Shown here: piece after piece, positions 31,473-40,986 of the stretch
Layout: the number at the start of each line of letters is the position of its first letter
How positions within the stretch are numbered: position 1 is the first letter of the stretch
Notes under the pieces: model-generated
Seen by the model: the letters and a program-made list of their open reading frames with translations, nothing else
Database searches by the model: none
What the model was told of the DNA's origin: nothing
Position numbers and translations under genes: made by a program
DNA from: Armatimonadota bacterium
GTDB lineage: Bacteria; Armatimonadota; HRBIN16
DNA length: 64,000 nucleotides
Assembly (NCBI GenBank): GCA_963677485.1
Contig: OY781964.1
Location: forward strand, 3,808,001-3,872,000
Reading direction: 5' to 3'

Positions 31473-32579
31473 CTAGTCTATCTGACCTGTGATGAGGCCC
31501 ATCTTCATCGGTTCTGGCTGCGCCACAGTATTGGTGATGGCGATAGACTTGCCCTGGTCACTGGCCTCATGGATGCTCTGCATGACATCAAGAACATGCA
31601 GGGCAAGAGCTCCGCTGGCGCGGTGCGGCCGTCCCAACTGGATTCCTGCGCTCATGTCGGCCACGCCCAGCATACGCCAGTGGTCGCTGTAGATATGACT
31701 GTGCGGGATGACTTTCCAGTCACTTCCGGGGCGGTATAACTTCACATCACCGCCAAAGAAGTTGGGGTCGGGTAATGACAGGGTTCCATCGGTGCCGTAG
31801 ATTTCGATAAACGGAAGGTTGGCGGCCCAGATATCAAAGCTCTGCATGATGGTGGCAACTGCACCATTTTCGAACTCAAGCAAGCCGTTGACATGGGTCG
31901 GAATCTCCACGTCAATCTTCTGACCGTATTTGGGCTGGCTGGTGATGGTGCGCGTGGGGAAGCTGATCCGGTTGGCTCCCGCTACCCGTGCGATGGGGCC
32001 CATCAGGTGTACCATGGCTGTCAGGTAATACGGGCCCATGTCATACATAGGACCGCCACCAACCTTGTAGAAGAACTCTGGGTCTGGATGCCAGTTTTCA
32101 GGTCCACGGTGCGGGGCAGGCATGAAGGCGTTAGCACCGATGGGACGGCCTATCCAGCCATCGTCAATCACTTTTCGACAAGTTTGTAAGCCTGCTCCCA
32201 GGAATGTGTCAGGAGCACAACCGATCCGCAGCCCCTTTTCTTCAGCCAGCGCGAGGATCTTAATGCCGTCCTCGCGGGTCAATGCCAGAGGCTTTTCGGT
32301 GTAGACATGTTTCCCCGCCATTAAGGCCGCTGTAGTGACTGCAAAGTGGGCCTGCGGCACCGTAAGATTGATGATGATCTCGATTTCGGGATTCGCGATG
32401 AGTTCTTCGGTGCTGCATGCGATGGGGATGTTAAACTCCGCCGCTCTGGCCTTGGCCTTCTCGAGATTGAGATCGGCGCATGCTATGACATCAACCATAG
32501 GTAGTTTGGGACCGTTCGTGAAGTAGATGCCGCTGATGTTGCCGCATCCCACTATTCCGACTTTCATTGCACGTATCAC
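31473..32579 (-). CDS. Gfo/Idh/MocA oxidoreductase, tandem paralog of 30284-31384
   Basis: very similar protein along its whole length; GTG start after GAGGT. Confidence 0.92.
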   Translation of the reverse strand: MIRAMKVGIVGCGNISGIYFTNGPKLPMVDVIACADLNLEKAKARAAEFNIPIACSTEELIANPEIEIIINLTVPQAHFAVTTAALMAGKHVYTEKPLALTREDGIKILALAEEKGLRIGCAPDTFLGAGLQTCRKVIDDGWIGRPIGANAFMPAPHRGPENWHPDPEFFYKVGGGPMYDMGPYYLTAMVHLMGPIARVAGANRISFPTRTITSQPKYGQKIDVEIPTHVNGLLEFENGAVATIMQSFDIWAANLPFIEIYGTDGTLSLPDPNFFGGDVKLYRPGSDWKVIPHSHIYSDHWRMLGVADMSAGIQLGRPHRASGALALHVLDVMQSIHEASDQGKSIAITNTVAQPEPMKMGLITGQID

Positions 32580-32621
32580 GATTATGACCTCGCTGGTGTT
32601 TATAGGAATGGTACCGGGTTG

Positions 32622-32651
32622 AGTATGACTCGAATGGGTGCCGATATGCAA
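32622..32651 (-). promoter_or_regulatory. promoter of upstream paralog
   Basis: minus strand TTGCAT-18 nt-CATACT, with the -10 inside the conserved GAGTCATACTCAACCC. Confidence 0.5.
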
Positions 32652-32819
32652 GGCAATATTGACTAATCACAGGATAGTCTGCGAAATATGTATTACCGAA
32701 TGATATTTCACCGGTAAGCAGGGAATCACCTTTGTTCTGGCGAAATATTAGGCTGGCAGTAGTATACTGCTCACCAATTTCAGAACAACATGATGTGTTC
32801 TTGAGTAAGGATGTTTCCA

Positions 32820-33605
32820 ATGATCGCTTCACAGATCGTTGCGCAGCTCTATACTGTTCGTGACTATATCAAAACCCCACCGGAAATCGCGAAGTCCCTC
32901 AAGAAAATACGGGAGATCGGTTATGATGCCGTGCAGGTCAGCGGAATGGGGCCCATCCCTGAAGCTGAGCTGAAATCCATGCTGGACGGCGAAGGGCTGG
33001 TGTGTTGTGCAACGCACGAGGGTGCAGAACGCATCTTGAACGACACGCAGCAGATCGTTGACCGGCTTAACGCGCTCAACTGCCAGCATACCGCTTACCC
33101 GCATCCGGCCAATGTGGACCTCAGCTGCCTGCAGGGTGTGGATGCGCTGGCCTCTCGCCTTGATGCTGCCGGTAAACTGCTGTATGCCCACGGCATGACC
33201 TTGAGCTACCATAACCACCAGATTGAGTTCCGCAAAGTCGGCGGTCAGACGATTTTGTCGCGGCTGATGGAAAAGACAGATCCCCGGTATTTGAAACTCG
33301 AACTGGACACTTACTGGGCTCAGTATGGGGGCGGTGACCCCGTGACATGGTGCCAACAAAGTAATGGCCGGTTGCCGTTACTGCACCTAAAGGATTACGA
33401 AATCGGTGAGGACAACCAGCCGCGATTCGCAAGCATCGGCCGAGGCAACCTGGACTGGCATCGCATCATCGTCGCTGCTGAGGCATCCGGCTGCCAGTGG
33501 TTTATCGTGGAGCAAGATACCTGTCCTGGCGACCCATTTGATGCGCTAAAGCAGAGTTATGAATATCTATCGGCGACATTCTGTTCAAAAGAGGTGGAGA
33601 TGTGA
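32820..33605 (+). CDS. sugar phosphate isomerase/epimerase (IolE-like TIM barrel)
   Basis: QLYTVRD, YHNHQIEF, ELDTYW, LHLKD, IVEQD. Confidence 0.88.
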   Translation: MIASQIVAQLYTVRDYIKTPPEIAKSLKKIREIGYDAVQVSGMGPIPEAELKSMLDGEGLVCCATHEGAERILNDTQQIVDRLNALNCQHTAYPHPANVDLSCLQGVDALASRLDAAGKLLYAHGMTLSYHNHQIEFRKVGGQTILSRLMEKTDPRYLKLELDTYWAQYGGGDPVTWCQQSNGRLPLLHLKDYEIGEDNQPRFASIGRGNLDWHRIIVAAEASGCQWFIVEQDTCPGDPFDALKQSYEYLSATFCSKEVEM

Positions 33606-34789
33606 GTATGAAGGAAGTACGTTTAGGTATCATTGGCTTCGGAACGATGGGGCAGGGTCATGCCTGTAATGTGCGCGATGGCAAGGTGGCACGTTGCCGT
33701 ATTACCGCCATATGCGACCTGGTTCCCGAAAAGATGGAGACCTGGGGTGCAAAGCCATACACCCTGCGTACCGCCCGTCAACCCGGCGAAGAAGAGGAAC
33801 TGATTGAAGGGCCTCCCATCAATGCGAAGCACTACACCGACTATAGAGAGCTGATCGCCAGCGGCGAGGTAGATGCTGTGCTGATCGCGACTCCGCATTA
33901 TGACCATACCACGGTAGGCATCGCTGCATTGAATGCAGGTCTTCATGTGATGGTCGAAAAGCCGATCTCAGTCGACAAGTATGATGCTCAGAAGCTGGCG
34001 GCAGCGCACAAGAACCCGAACCAGGTGTTCGCAGCGATGTTCAACCAACGAACCAATCCGATGTACCAAAGGCTTCGCTCGATGATGCAGAACGACGAAT
34101 TGGGCGAATTTGTGCGTGTGAACTGGATCGTATCCAACTGGTTCCGCACAGAGGCCTATTACTCATCTGGGGGCTGGCGGGCCACCTGGGTCGGAGAAGG
34201 CGGCGGCGTGCTGTTGAATCAGTGCCCGCATAACTTGGACTTGCTGCAGTGGATATGCGGAATGCCCAGCGCGTTGACTGCTAATTGCGGGTTCGGCGTC
34301 AAGCATAACATCGAAGTGGAAGATGAGGTGACGGTGAGCCTGGAGTATCCCAACGGGGCCACCGGAGTGTTTGTCACCAGTACCGGCGAATGGCCGGGAG
34401 CTAACCGACTAGAGGTAGTGGGTGACAAAGGCAAGGTGGTAATCGAGGACGGCAAGTTTGATGTCTGGATGAATGAAGTCGGCGCTGCTGAGTTCTCTCG
34501 CACCACCGACCAAGGGTTTGGTGCTCCTCCATGTCACCATGAGACGCTGGATATCCCCTCTAGCGGTGGAGAGCATGTGGAGACACTGACCATCTTCGTG
34601 GATGCGATTCTAGATGGTAAACCGCTGCTCGCTCACGCAGAAGAGGGTATCAACAGCGTGGAACTGGCCAATGCGATGATCTGGAGCGGTTTGACGAAGC
34701 AGCGCGTTGCACTACCAATCGATGCAGACGGATATCATGAGGTGCTTGCTCAACTGAAGGATGGCCGTTTGAAGAGCAAGGAGGCTTAG
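33602..34789 (+). CDS. Gfo/Idh/MocA oxidoreductase
   Basis: GIIGFGTMG, ATPHYDH, VEKP, GGGVLLNQCPHNLD. Confidence 0.9.
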   Translation: MSMKEVRLGIIGFGTMGQGHACNVRDGKVARCRITAICDLVPEKMETWGAKPYTLRTARQPGEEEELIEGPPINAKHYTDYRELIASGEVDAVLIATPHYDHTTVGIAALNAGLHVMVEKPISVDKYDAQKLAAAHKNPNQVFAAMFNQRTNPMYQRLRSMMQNDELGEFVRVNWIVSNWFRTEAYYSSGGWRATWVGEGGGVLLNQCPHNLDLLQWICGMPSALTANCGFGVKHNIEVEDEVTVSLEYPNGATGVFVTSTGEWPGANRLEVVGDKGKVVIEDGKFDVWMNEVGAAEFSRTTDQGFGAPPCHHETLDIPSSGGEHVETLTIFVDAILDGKPLLAHAEEGINSVELANAMIWSGLTKQRVALPIDADGYHEVLAQLKDGRLKSKEA

Positions 34790-35659
34790 ATGTATTTCAC
34801 CGGTTTTGCCGATGAAGCCTCGTTCGAGCTAGCTGGTCAGATTGCCGTTACAAAGCAGCTAGGCTGGGGAAATATCGAGGCGCGCGGGATCACCCGTATC
34901 AACATCCATGACCTGTGCGACGAACACTTCGAGGCTGTGGCGCAGGCCCTTGATGAAGCGGGCATCAAGGTGAACTGCTTTGGCAGTGCGATAGCCAACT
35001 GGGCTCACAGCATTGAGGAGCCGTTTGAGGTCACCGAGCAGCAGATTGAGCGGACCATTCCGCGTATGCAGCGGTTGAACAGCAAGCTGATACGAATCAT
35101 GAGCTATGCCGTGTTACCGGACCGCGATGTGGATGATCAGATGGAGCAGGAGCGGTTCGCGCGGCTGCGCATTATCACCAACCGCTTCCTTGAGGCTGAT
35201 ATTCAGCCTGTTCACGAGAACTGCATGAACTATGGTGGTATGGGCTGGGTATACACGCTGCGCCTGATACAGAATGTGCCCGGCTTGAAGCTGGTTTACG
35301 ACACCGGTAATCCGGTGTTTACGGTGGATCGAACAAAGCCTCAGCCTTACCCGCAGCAGAGCAGTTGGGATTTCTACCGTCATGTCAAAGATCATATCGC
35401 CTATATCCACATTAAGGATGGCACGTTTGATCAAACCACAGGGCGGCCGGTGTTCAGCTTCCCAGGCGAAGGGTTCGGTGATGTTCGACGCATTCTGGCC
35501 GATCTACTCGCCTCTGGCTACAACGGGGGCATATCTATCGAACCGCACATGGTCAGCGTGGCGCACGAACCGTCTGACGCAGATAATGAGGCGATGTATA
35601 ACAACTACCTGGAGTATGGCCAGCGCATCATGAAGATGGTGGATGAGTTGCAGAGATAG
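34790..35659 (+). CDS. sugar phosphate isomerase/epimerase family protein
   Basis: TGFADEA, HENC, DTGN, HIKD, SIEPH. Confidence 0.87.
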   Translation: MYFTGFADEASFELAGQIAVTKQLGWGNIEARGITRINIHDLCDEHFEAVAQALDEAGIKVNCFGSAIANWAHSIEEPFEVTEQQIERTIPRMQRLNSKLIRIMSYAVLPDRDVDDQMEQERFARLRIITNRFLEADIQPVHENCMNYGGMGWVYTLRLIQNVPGLKLVYDTGNPVFTVDRTKPQPYPQQSSWDFYRHVKDHIAYIHIKDGTFDQTTGRPVFSFPGEGFGDVRRILADLLASGYNGGISIEPHMVSVAHEPSDADNEAMYNNYLEYGQRIMKMVDELQR

Positions 35660-35691
35660 GGCTAGTGCGTGTTTGACTATCAGATCGCTAA

Positions 35692-35722
35692 GAGGCCGAG
35701 ATGGGATATCCCACTTGGCCTC
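35692..35722 (+). terminator. hairpin after epimerase gene
   Basis: GAGGCCGAG.TGGGA..TCCCACTTGGCCTC. Confidence 0.5.
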
Positions 35723-35802
35723 AATTCATGCGCTTACGGCGTATACACAAACAAGCACCAGCCCGTGGCGGAACGGCTGCCCAAGCTGCAACTGATACTG
35801 TC

Positions 35803-35883
35803 GTAGGGGCGTCCCTTGTGAGCGCCCTAATCGGTGTCCATTCGATAGTTCATTTTTAGGGCGCCCACAAGGGACGCCCCTAC
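35803..35883. repeat. GTAG-type REP doublet (REPIN-like)
   Basis: GTAGGGGCGTCCCTTGTGAGCGCCCT ... AGGGCGCCCACAAGGGACGCCCCTAC. Confidence 0.85.
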
Positions 35884-35909
35884 GACCAGTCACCTACAAG
35901 AGGTAAAAC

Positions 35910-37043
35910 ATGCAATTGAACGAACTACGGGTTCAGGATGCGGCAACGCGCACCTACCTGGGCAGCCCGAGCCTGGTGAGACTGCCAGATGGCGCACTTC
36001 TGGCGACACACGATTACTTCGGTAAAGGGTGCCCACGGAACCACGAAAATGAGGAGCATCTCACCAGTGTCTACCGGTCAGATGACGATGGACTCAGCTG
36101 GCGGAACCTTACCCATATCGCCAATGCCTATTGGAGCTCGTTGTTTGTCAACCGCAGGGCTGTCTATTTGCTGGGGTGTTCGCAGCAGTACGGCTCGATT
36201 GTGATCCGGCGCAGCGACGATGGCGGTTACACCTGGAGCCACCCGACAGATAGCCATACGGGGTTGTTGTTCAAAGGCGGCTATTTCCATGAGGCCCCTA
36301 ACTACCATTGCGCCCCTGTGCCCATACTGAACCACAAAGGGCGCCTCTACCGTGCCTTTGAAGATTGCGATCCATGCGTGTGGGGCAGCGGCTTCAGGTC
36401 CTGCGTCGTATCCATCGCCGACACCGCAGACTTGCTGGAGGCTGACAACTGGAGCATGAGCAACAAACTGGCCTTCGACCCAGCCTGGCTTCCTAAAGAG
36501 TGGGGCGAGATACCCATACCCGGTTGGCTGGAAGGGAACTGCGTGGCGACCCCGACCGGCGAGATATGGAACATCTTGCGCTTCAATTCGGCACCACACG
36601 ACGATATAGTTGCTGTCATCAACGTGACCGATGCCGGAAAGACAGTTGCATTCAACCCTGAGACAGGATTTATCAGCTTCCCCGGAGGAATGACCAAGTT
36701 TACGATCAGGCGCGATCCCCTCACAGGCAGCTACCTGACACTGACGAATCCGCGGACCGACACGGCCGTTTTTGGTCAGAATCAACGCAACCGGCTGGTG
36801 TTGTGCGCATCAGATGACCTGCTGCAGTGGCGCGAGGTGAAGCTGTTGATGGAGGACGATCTGGGGTATGACGAGAGGCAGTCACGGCGGTCGACAGGCT
36901 TTCAGTATGTGGACTGGCAGTTTGACGGCGAAGATATCATCTACCTGGTTCGGACCGCATATGACGGTGCTCATAACTACCATGATTCTAACAGGATCAC
37001 CTTTCACAGATTGGCGGGCTTTCGGAGGCTTATCGTGCAGTAA
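35910..37043 (+). CDS. sialidase-family (BNR/Asp-box) beta-propeller protein
   Basis: Asp boxes SDDDGLSW, SDDGGYTW, SDDLLQW; FQYVDW; no signal peptide. Confidence 0.8.
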   Translation: MQLNELRVQDAATRTYLGSPSLVRLPDGALLATHDYFGKGCPRNHENEEHLTSVYRSDDDGLSWRNLTHIANAYWSSLFVNRRAVYLLGCSQQYGSIVIRRSDDGGYTWSHPTDSHTGLLFKGGYFHEAPNYHCAPVPILNHKGRLYRAFEDCDPCVWGSGFRSCVVSIADTADLLEADNWSMSNKLAFDPAWLPKEWGEIPIPGWLEGNCVATPTGEIWNILRFNSAPHDDIVAVINVTDAGKTVAFNPETGFISFPGGMTKFTIRRDPLTGSYLTLTNPRTDTAVFGQNQRNRLVLCASDDLLQWREVKLLMEDDLGYDERQSRRSTGFQYVDWQFDGEDIIYLVRTAYDGAHNYHDSNRITFHRLAGFRRLIVQ

Positions 37044-37109
37044 TCGGATGATCTCGTCTTCGTGTGTAATGCACCGGATGTGGACTGTATAGCTGGTAGT
37101 TTTGCGGGG

Positions 37110-37139
37110 TTGACATATTGTTCGATATTCGTTCATAAT
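37110..37139 (+). promoter_or_regulatory. sigma70-type promoter
   Basis: TTGACA-18 nt-CATAAT upstream of IPT/TIG gene. Confidence 0.55.
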
Positions 37140-37223
37140 AGGTGCATTAAGGTGATGAAGTGTATGATGGTGTACTCCTAGCTGCCATATAATGCATCGC
37201 TATACACAATACAGGAGATCGAC

Positions 37224-39149
37224 ATGAACAGGATATTGACATCGCTGTCATCAGTATGGCGCATGGTCGTGGCATTATCTGTAATGGTGATGCCTACATA
37301 CGCAGCCAGTCCTGCGATCACCTCCTTCTCGCCAACGAGTGGAGCCGCTGGCGTAGAAGTGATCCTCACCGGCACGAACTTCACGGGAGCGACTTCGGTG
37401 CAATTCCATGGAGTGTCAGCGGGCTTCACCTTGCGTAATTCGACCTCAATTGCCACTGTCGTCCCTGAGAAAGCCACCACAGGGGAGATTAAAGTGATAT
37501 CGCCTAGTGGAACGGCCACTAGCGCGACTAACTTCACTGTCTTGCCGACGATAACTAGCTTTTCCCCATCTTCAGGCATTGTGGGAGATTCCGTCACCGT
37601 ATCAGGAACGGCATTTCTCGGTGCTACGGCAGTGAAATTCAACGGGGTAACGGCCACTTTCAATGTGTCAGACTACAAAACTATACTGGCCACTGTGCCT
37701 GTTGGTGCCGAGACAGGCAAGATATCGGTGACAACACCGAGCGGATCGGCAACGAGCGTAACGAACTTCAAAGTAAAGCCGGTCATCAGTTCGTTTGCTC
37801 CCGAATCTGGCAAAGTAGGGGCTTCCGTCTCGATCACGGGCGCTAGTTTCACCGGCGCGACTGCAGTGAAATTCAATGGTATCACAGCGAGCTTTACCGT
37901 CAACAGTGCTACATCCATCACCAGCACTGTACCACTGGGAGCCACGACCGGGAAGATCACCGTGACCACCGGTAGCGGCACCGCCACGAGCAATGCAGAC
38001 TTTCCCGTGCTGCCGACTATTACCTCTTTTACGCCCTCCAGCGGCCAAATCGGATCAGAGGTAACCATCACAGGTATGAACTTTACGGGAGCGACCGAGG
38101 TGACCTTCCGAGCGTACCATGCGAGCTATACGGTCATCAATGACACAACGATCATTGCTTATGTGCCTGTTCAATCCACTACCGGTAAAGTCGCCGTGAC
38201 TACGCCAGCAGGCCATACCTTAAGCGACATCGAATTTACGGTGGTGGAAGGCACAAAAATCACCTCGTTTACGCCCACTAGTGGTATAGCTGGCCAGTCT
38301 GTGGTCATCACTGGTCTCCAATTCAATGTCGTGACGGGTGTCAATTTCAACATTTACCCAGCTCAGTCCTACACGATTAATAGTGATACTCAGATAACCG
38401 CAGTCGTGCCTGCCAACGCGACGACAGGAAAGATAAACCTGGATATCCCTCATGCTTCTAAATCAAGCCCAGCCACATTCACTGTCTTGCCGACGATCAC
38501 CTCATTTACACCGGCAAGTGGAAAACCGGGTGACACTGTGGTCATACAGGGTACTGCTTTCGTTAATGTACTAGGGGTGAAGTTCAACGATATCGCTGCT
38601 GCCAGCTGGTCGCGTAATAGCAACACTTCTGTCAATGCCGTGGTACCCGTAGGTGCCGGAACGGGTAAGATACAGATCACGACCCAGGATGGAGTGGCTA
38701 TCAGTGATACCGGTTTTGTGGGGTATGATCCCGCGCAGCTTGAACTATCCGTTGATCTAGGAGCCGAATTCATAGGCGCTCCGAACCAGGTCCAACTGAA
38801 CTATATTCTAAGCGGGCCTCAGGAATATAACGGTGTGCTGCCGATGGATGGCGGAGGGATAGCTCTTCTTACGGATCTTCAGCCAGGTAATTACAAACTG
38901 ACGATATTTGGGAACCACTGGCTCAAACGCGTGGTATCTGGCCTCAACATAGATGGGTTCCTCCATGAGAACATCGCCTTAGCGAATGGCGATGCTGACG
39001 GAGATAGTCAAGTGAACCTGTTCGACTTCGTGGTGCTGGATATCAACTTTAACAAGGCTCACGCCATGGCTGATTTGGATGGCAACGGAGCCGTAAACCT
39101 GTTCGACTATGTGATCATCGACCAGAATTTCGGTGCTCAAGGAGACTAG
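37224..39149 (+). CDS. secreted protein with six IPT/TIG repeats and dockerin-like tail
   Basis: signal peptide; six ITSF.P.SG..G..V.I.G repeats; GDADGDSQVNLFDF..NFGAQGD. Confidence 0.88.
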   Translation: MNRILTSLSSVWRMVVALSVMVMPTYAASPAITSFSPTSGAAGVEVILTGTNFTGATSVQFHGVSAGFTLRNSTSIATVVPEKATTGEIKVISPSGTATSATNFTVLPTITSFSPSSGIVGDSVTVSGTAFLGATAVKFNGVTATFNVSDYKTILATVPVGAETGKISVTTPSGSATSVTNFKVKPVISSFAPESGKVGASVSITGASFTGATAVKFNGITASFTVNSATSITSTVPLGATTGKITVTTGSGTATSNADFPVLPTITSFTPSSGQIGSEVTITGMNFTGATEVTFRAYHASYTVINDTTIIAYVPVQSTTGKVAVTTPAGHTLSDIEFTVVEGTKITSFTPTSGIAGQSVVITGLQFNVVTGVNFNIYPAQSYTINSDTQITAVVPANATTGKINLDIPHASKSSPATFTVLPTITSFTPASGKPGDTVVIQGTAFVNVLGVKFNDIAAASWSRNSNTSVNAVVPVGAGTGKIQITTQDGVAISDTGFVGYDPAQLELSVDLGAEFIGAPNQVQLNYILSGPQEYNGVLPMDGGGIALLTDLQPGNYKLTIFGNHWLKRVVSGLNIDGFLHENIALANGDADGDSQVNLFDFVVLDINFNKAHAMADLDGNGAVNLFDYVIIDQNFGAQGD

Positions 39150-39256
39150 TAGAAATTCTACAAATCCATGGGTGTCATGCATTCATGATCTAGGTGGCAA
39201 GCTGCAGTAGCACTCTTGCCACGATGGCATTATTTGCGTAGTAAAGGAGTGTAATT

Positions 39257-40318
39257 ATGCGTCATATACATTCTGCGGCCTTATCTGGCTTGATAACGCT
39301 GCTGTGCTTGCTTTCTTTTTCGATGGTTACCAGTGCCGTCACCATATATCCTGACCTGACCGGTGTATGGGAAACCACCTGTAACGGCCATTGGGGATAT
39401 ACCAATATCACGTCGCAAAGCGGGGCGTCATTTTCTGGAACGACGCTTGATAACCCCCTAATCAATGGCTTTATCAGCGGCCGAACGGTCTCCTATACCC
39501 GTGACATTGGCACCATACACCAGGATTACGTGGGAACACTGACCATAGATGCAGTTGGTAATGCTGCGATGTCAGGCACCTTCACACAGAATGATACCGG
39601 CCAATGGAACTGGACAGCGGCCAAACGCGACCCAATCCGTGAGGTTACTGCTCCCACGGTATCCTCTTTCACTCCGGGAAATGGAGCGGCTGGTCATACC
39701 ATCACGATCAATGGAACCAACCTGCAATGGGTATTTCGTGTTTCGTTCAATGGCACAGTTTCTTCTTCGGTTTCAATCAACAGCGATACTTCCATCACCG
39801 CAATAGTGCCTACCGGGGCTACGACGGGCAAGATCGCAGTCACATCTGCCGGTGGGACTGGCACTAGTGCAGATGACTTCGCTGTGTATGAGGCCGCTCA
39901 ATTGGAAGTGATGCTCGATCTTGGGGCGGAATACATTGGCGATCCAGGTCAGGTTCAGTTGAACTACACCCTGGTTGGTCCCCAGACTTACAATGGTGTT
40001 CTGCCGATATTTGGCGGAATTGGGTTGCTGGTCGATTTAGAGCCCGGCACTTACACGCTGACACTGTCTGGCAGCCACTGGCTTACGCGGGTCGTTAAGG
40101 ACATCGTTGTTGAAGGCGTCAAGCTGGTGAATGTCTCACTGGTGAATGGCGACTCCGATGGCGACAACCAGGTAAACCTGTTTGACTTCGTGGTGCTGGA
40201 CATCAACTTCGGCAAGGCACACGCCATGGCTGACCTGGATGGCAGCGGCACCGTCAACCTGTTCGACTACGTGATCATAGACACCAACTTCGGGGCGCAA
40301 GCAGACATCTCACCATAG
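39257..40318 (+). CDS. secreted protein: small beta domain, one IPT/TIG repeat, dockerin-like tail
   Basis: signal peptide; DLTGVW domain; VSSFTPGNG repeat; GDSDGDNQVNLFDF..NFGAQAD. Confidence 0.87.
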   Translation: MRHIHSAALSGLITLLCLLSFSMVTSAVTIYPDLTGVWETTCNGHWGYTNITSQSGASFSGTTLDNPLINGFISGRTVSYTRDIGTIHQDYVGTLTIDAVGNAAMSGTFTQNDTGQWNWTAAKRDPIREVTAPTVSSFTPGNGAAGHTITINGTNLQWVFRVSFNGTVSSSVSINSDTSITAIVPTGATTGKIAVTSAGGTGTSADDFAVYEAAQLEVMLDLGAEYIGDPGQVQLNYTLVGPQTYNGVLPIFGGIGLLVDLEPGTYTLTLSGSHWLTRVVKDIVVEGVKLVNVSLVNGDSDGDNQVNLFDFVVLDINFGKAHAMADLDGSGTVNLFDYVIIDTNFGAQADISP

Positions 40319-40354
40319 CCGGTATGGTTCGTGTTTGGCTGATGTCATACGGAC

Positions 40355-40390
40355 ACTGCGCTGGTGTGTGAGCACCGGCGCAGTATGTTT
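40355..40390 (+). terminator. intrinsic terminator
   Basis: ACTGCGCTGGTG-TGTGAG-CACCGGCGCAGT-ATGTTT. Confidence 0.6.
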
Positions 40391-40448
40391 CAGGACGAAA
40401 CTACAGGCGTAAGGAAACCTTGGCCTACTATATTTTATATAATGTTAA

Positions 40449-40476
40449 TTGACGCAAGTAATGCCGAGTGTAAAAT
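40449..40476 (+). promoter_or_regulatory. sigma70-type promoter
   Basis: TTGACG-16 nt-TAAAAT with AT-rich upstream tract. Confidence 0.5.
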
Positions 40477-40509
40477 CCACGACGCACGCCGCGTCAGATT
40501 GTTGTTGGA

Positions 40510-40986
40510 GTGTGCCTTCGTATGAGCGCGGCTGTGTTTTCTGAGATGACCGATCAGCATCGCAGAGGTATCTCAGTCACACTGGTGATGCTCGATCAGA
40601 ACCTTTGCAGAATCGCGCGCTGGGCTGAAGGTCGCGAAGCGCAGTCTGTGATGTTTGAAGAGCGTAACGAATTACGCCCGGAACAACGCACGCTACTGCT
40701 GGAACAGGTCGCGGAACTTCGAACCAAAATCGCTCAGATCAAAGAGTGCTGTGGCCTGAAAGAAGAGGCTGCCAGCGTGGTGAACAGCATATTCACCATC
40801 TGTTTTGGGCTCAGAGATGATCTGGTGGACCTTGAGCCTACTTTTATGAGGCGGTATGGCGAGCTCAGTTCAGAGCTTGCCGAGTTCTTGGATGGTGCGT
40901 CCAAGGAGATTCTACAGAAGATGGACGGGCTAGCCAGCATTGTAAAAAACCGCAGCCTTGTCGAAAACCAAGCTGAGAGGGAATAG
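40510..40986 (+). CDS. hypothetical helical protein
   Basis: GGAG RBS; abuts thrB start; MRRYGEL motif. Confidence 0.7.
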   Translation: MCLRMSAAVFSEMTDQHRRGISVTLVMLDQNLCRIARWAEGREAQSVMFEERNELRPEQRTLLLEQVAELRTKIAQIKECCGLKEEAASVVNSIFTICFGLRDDLVDLEPTFMRRYGELSSELAEFLDGASKEILQKMDGLASIVKNRSLVENQAERE

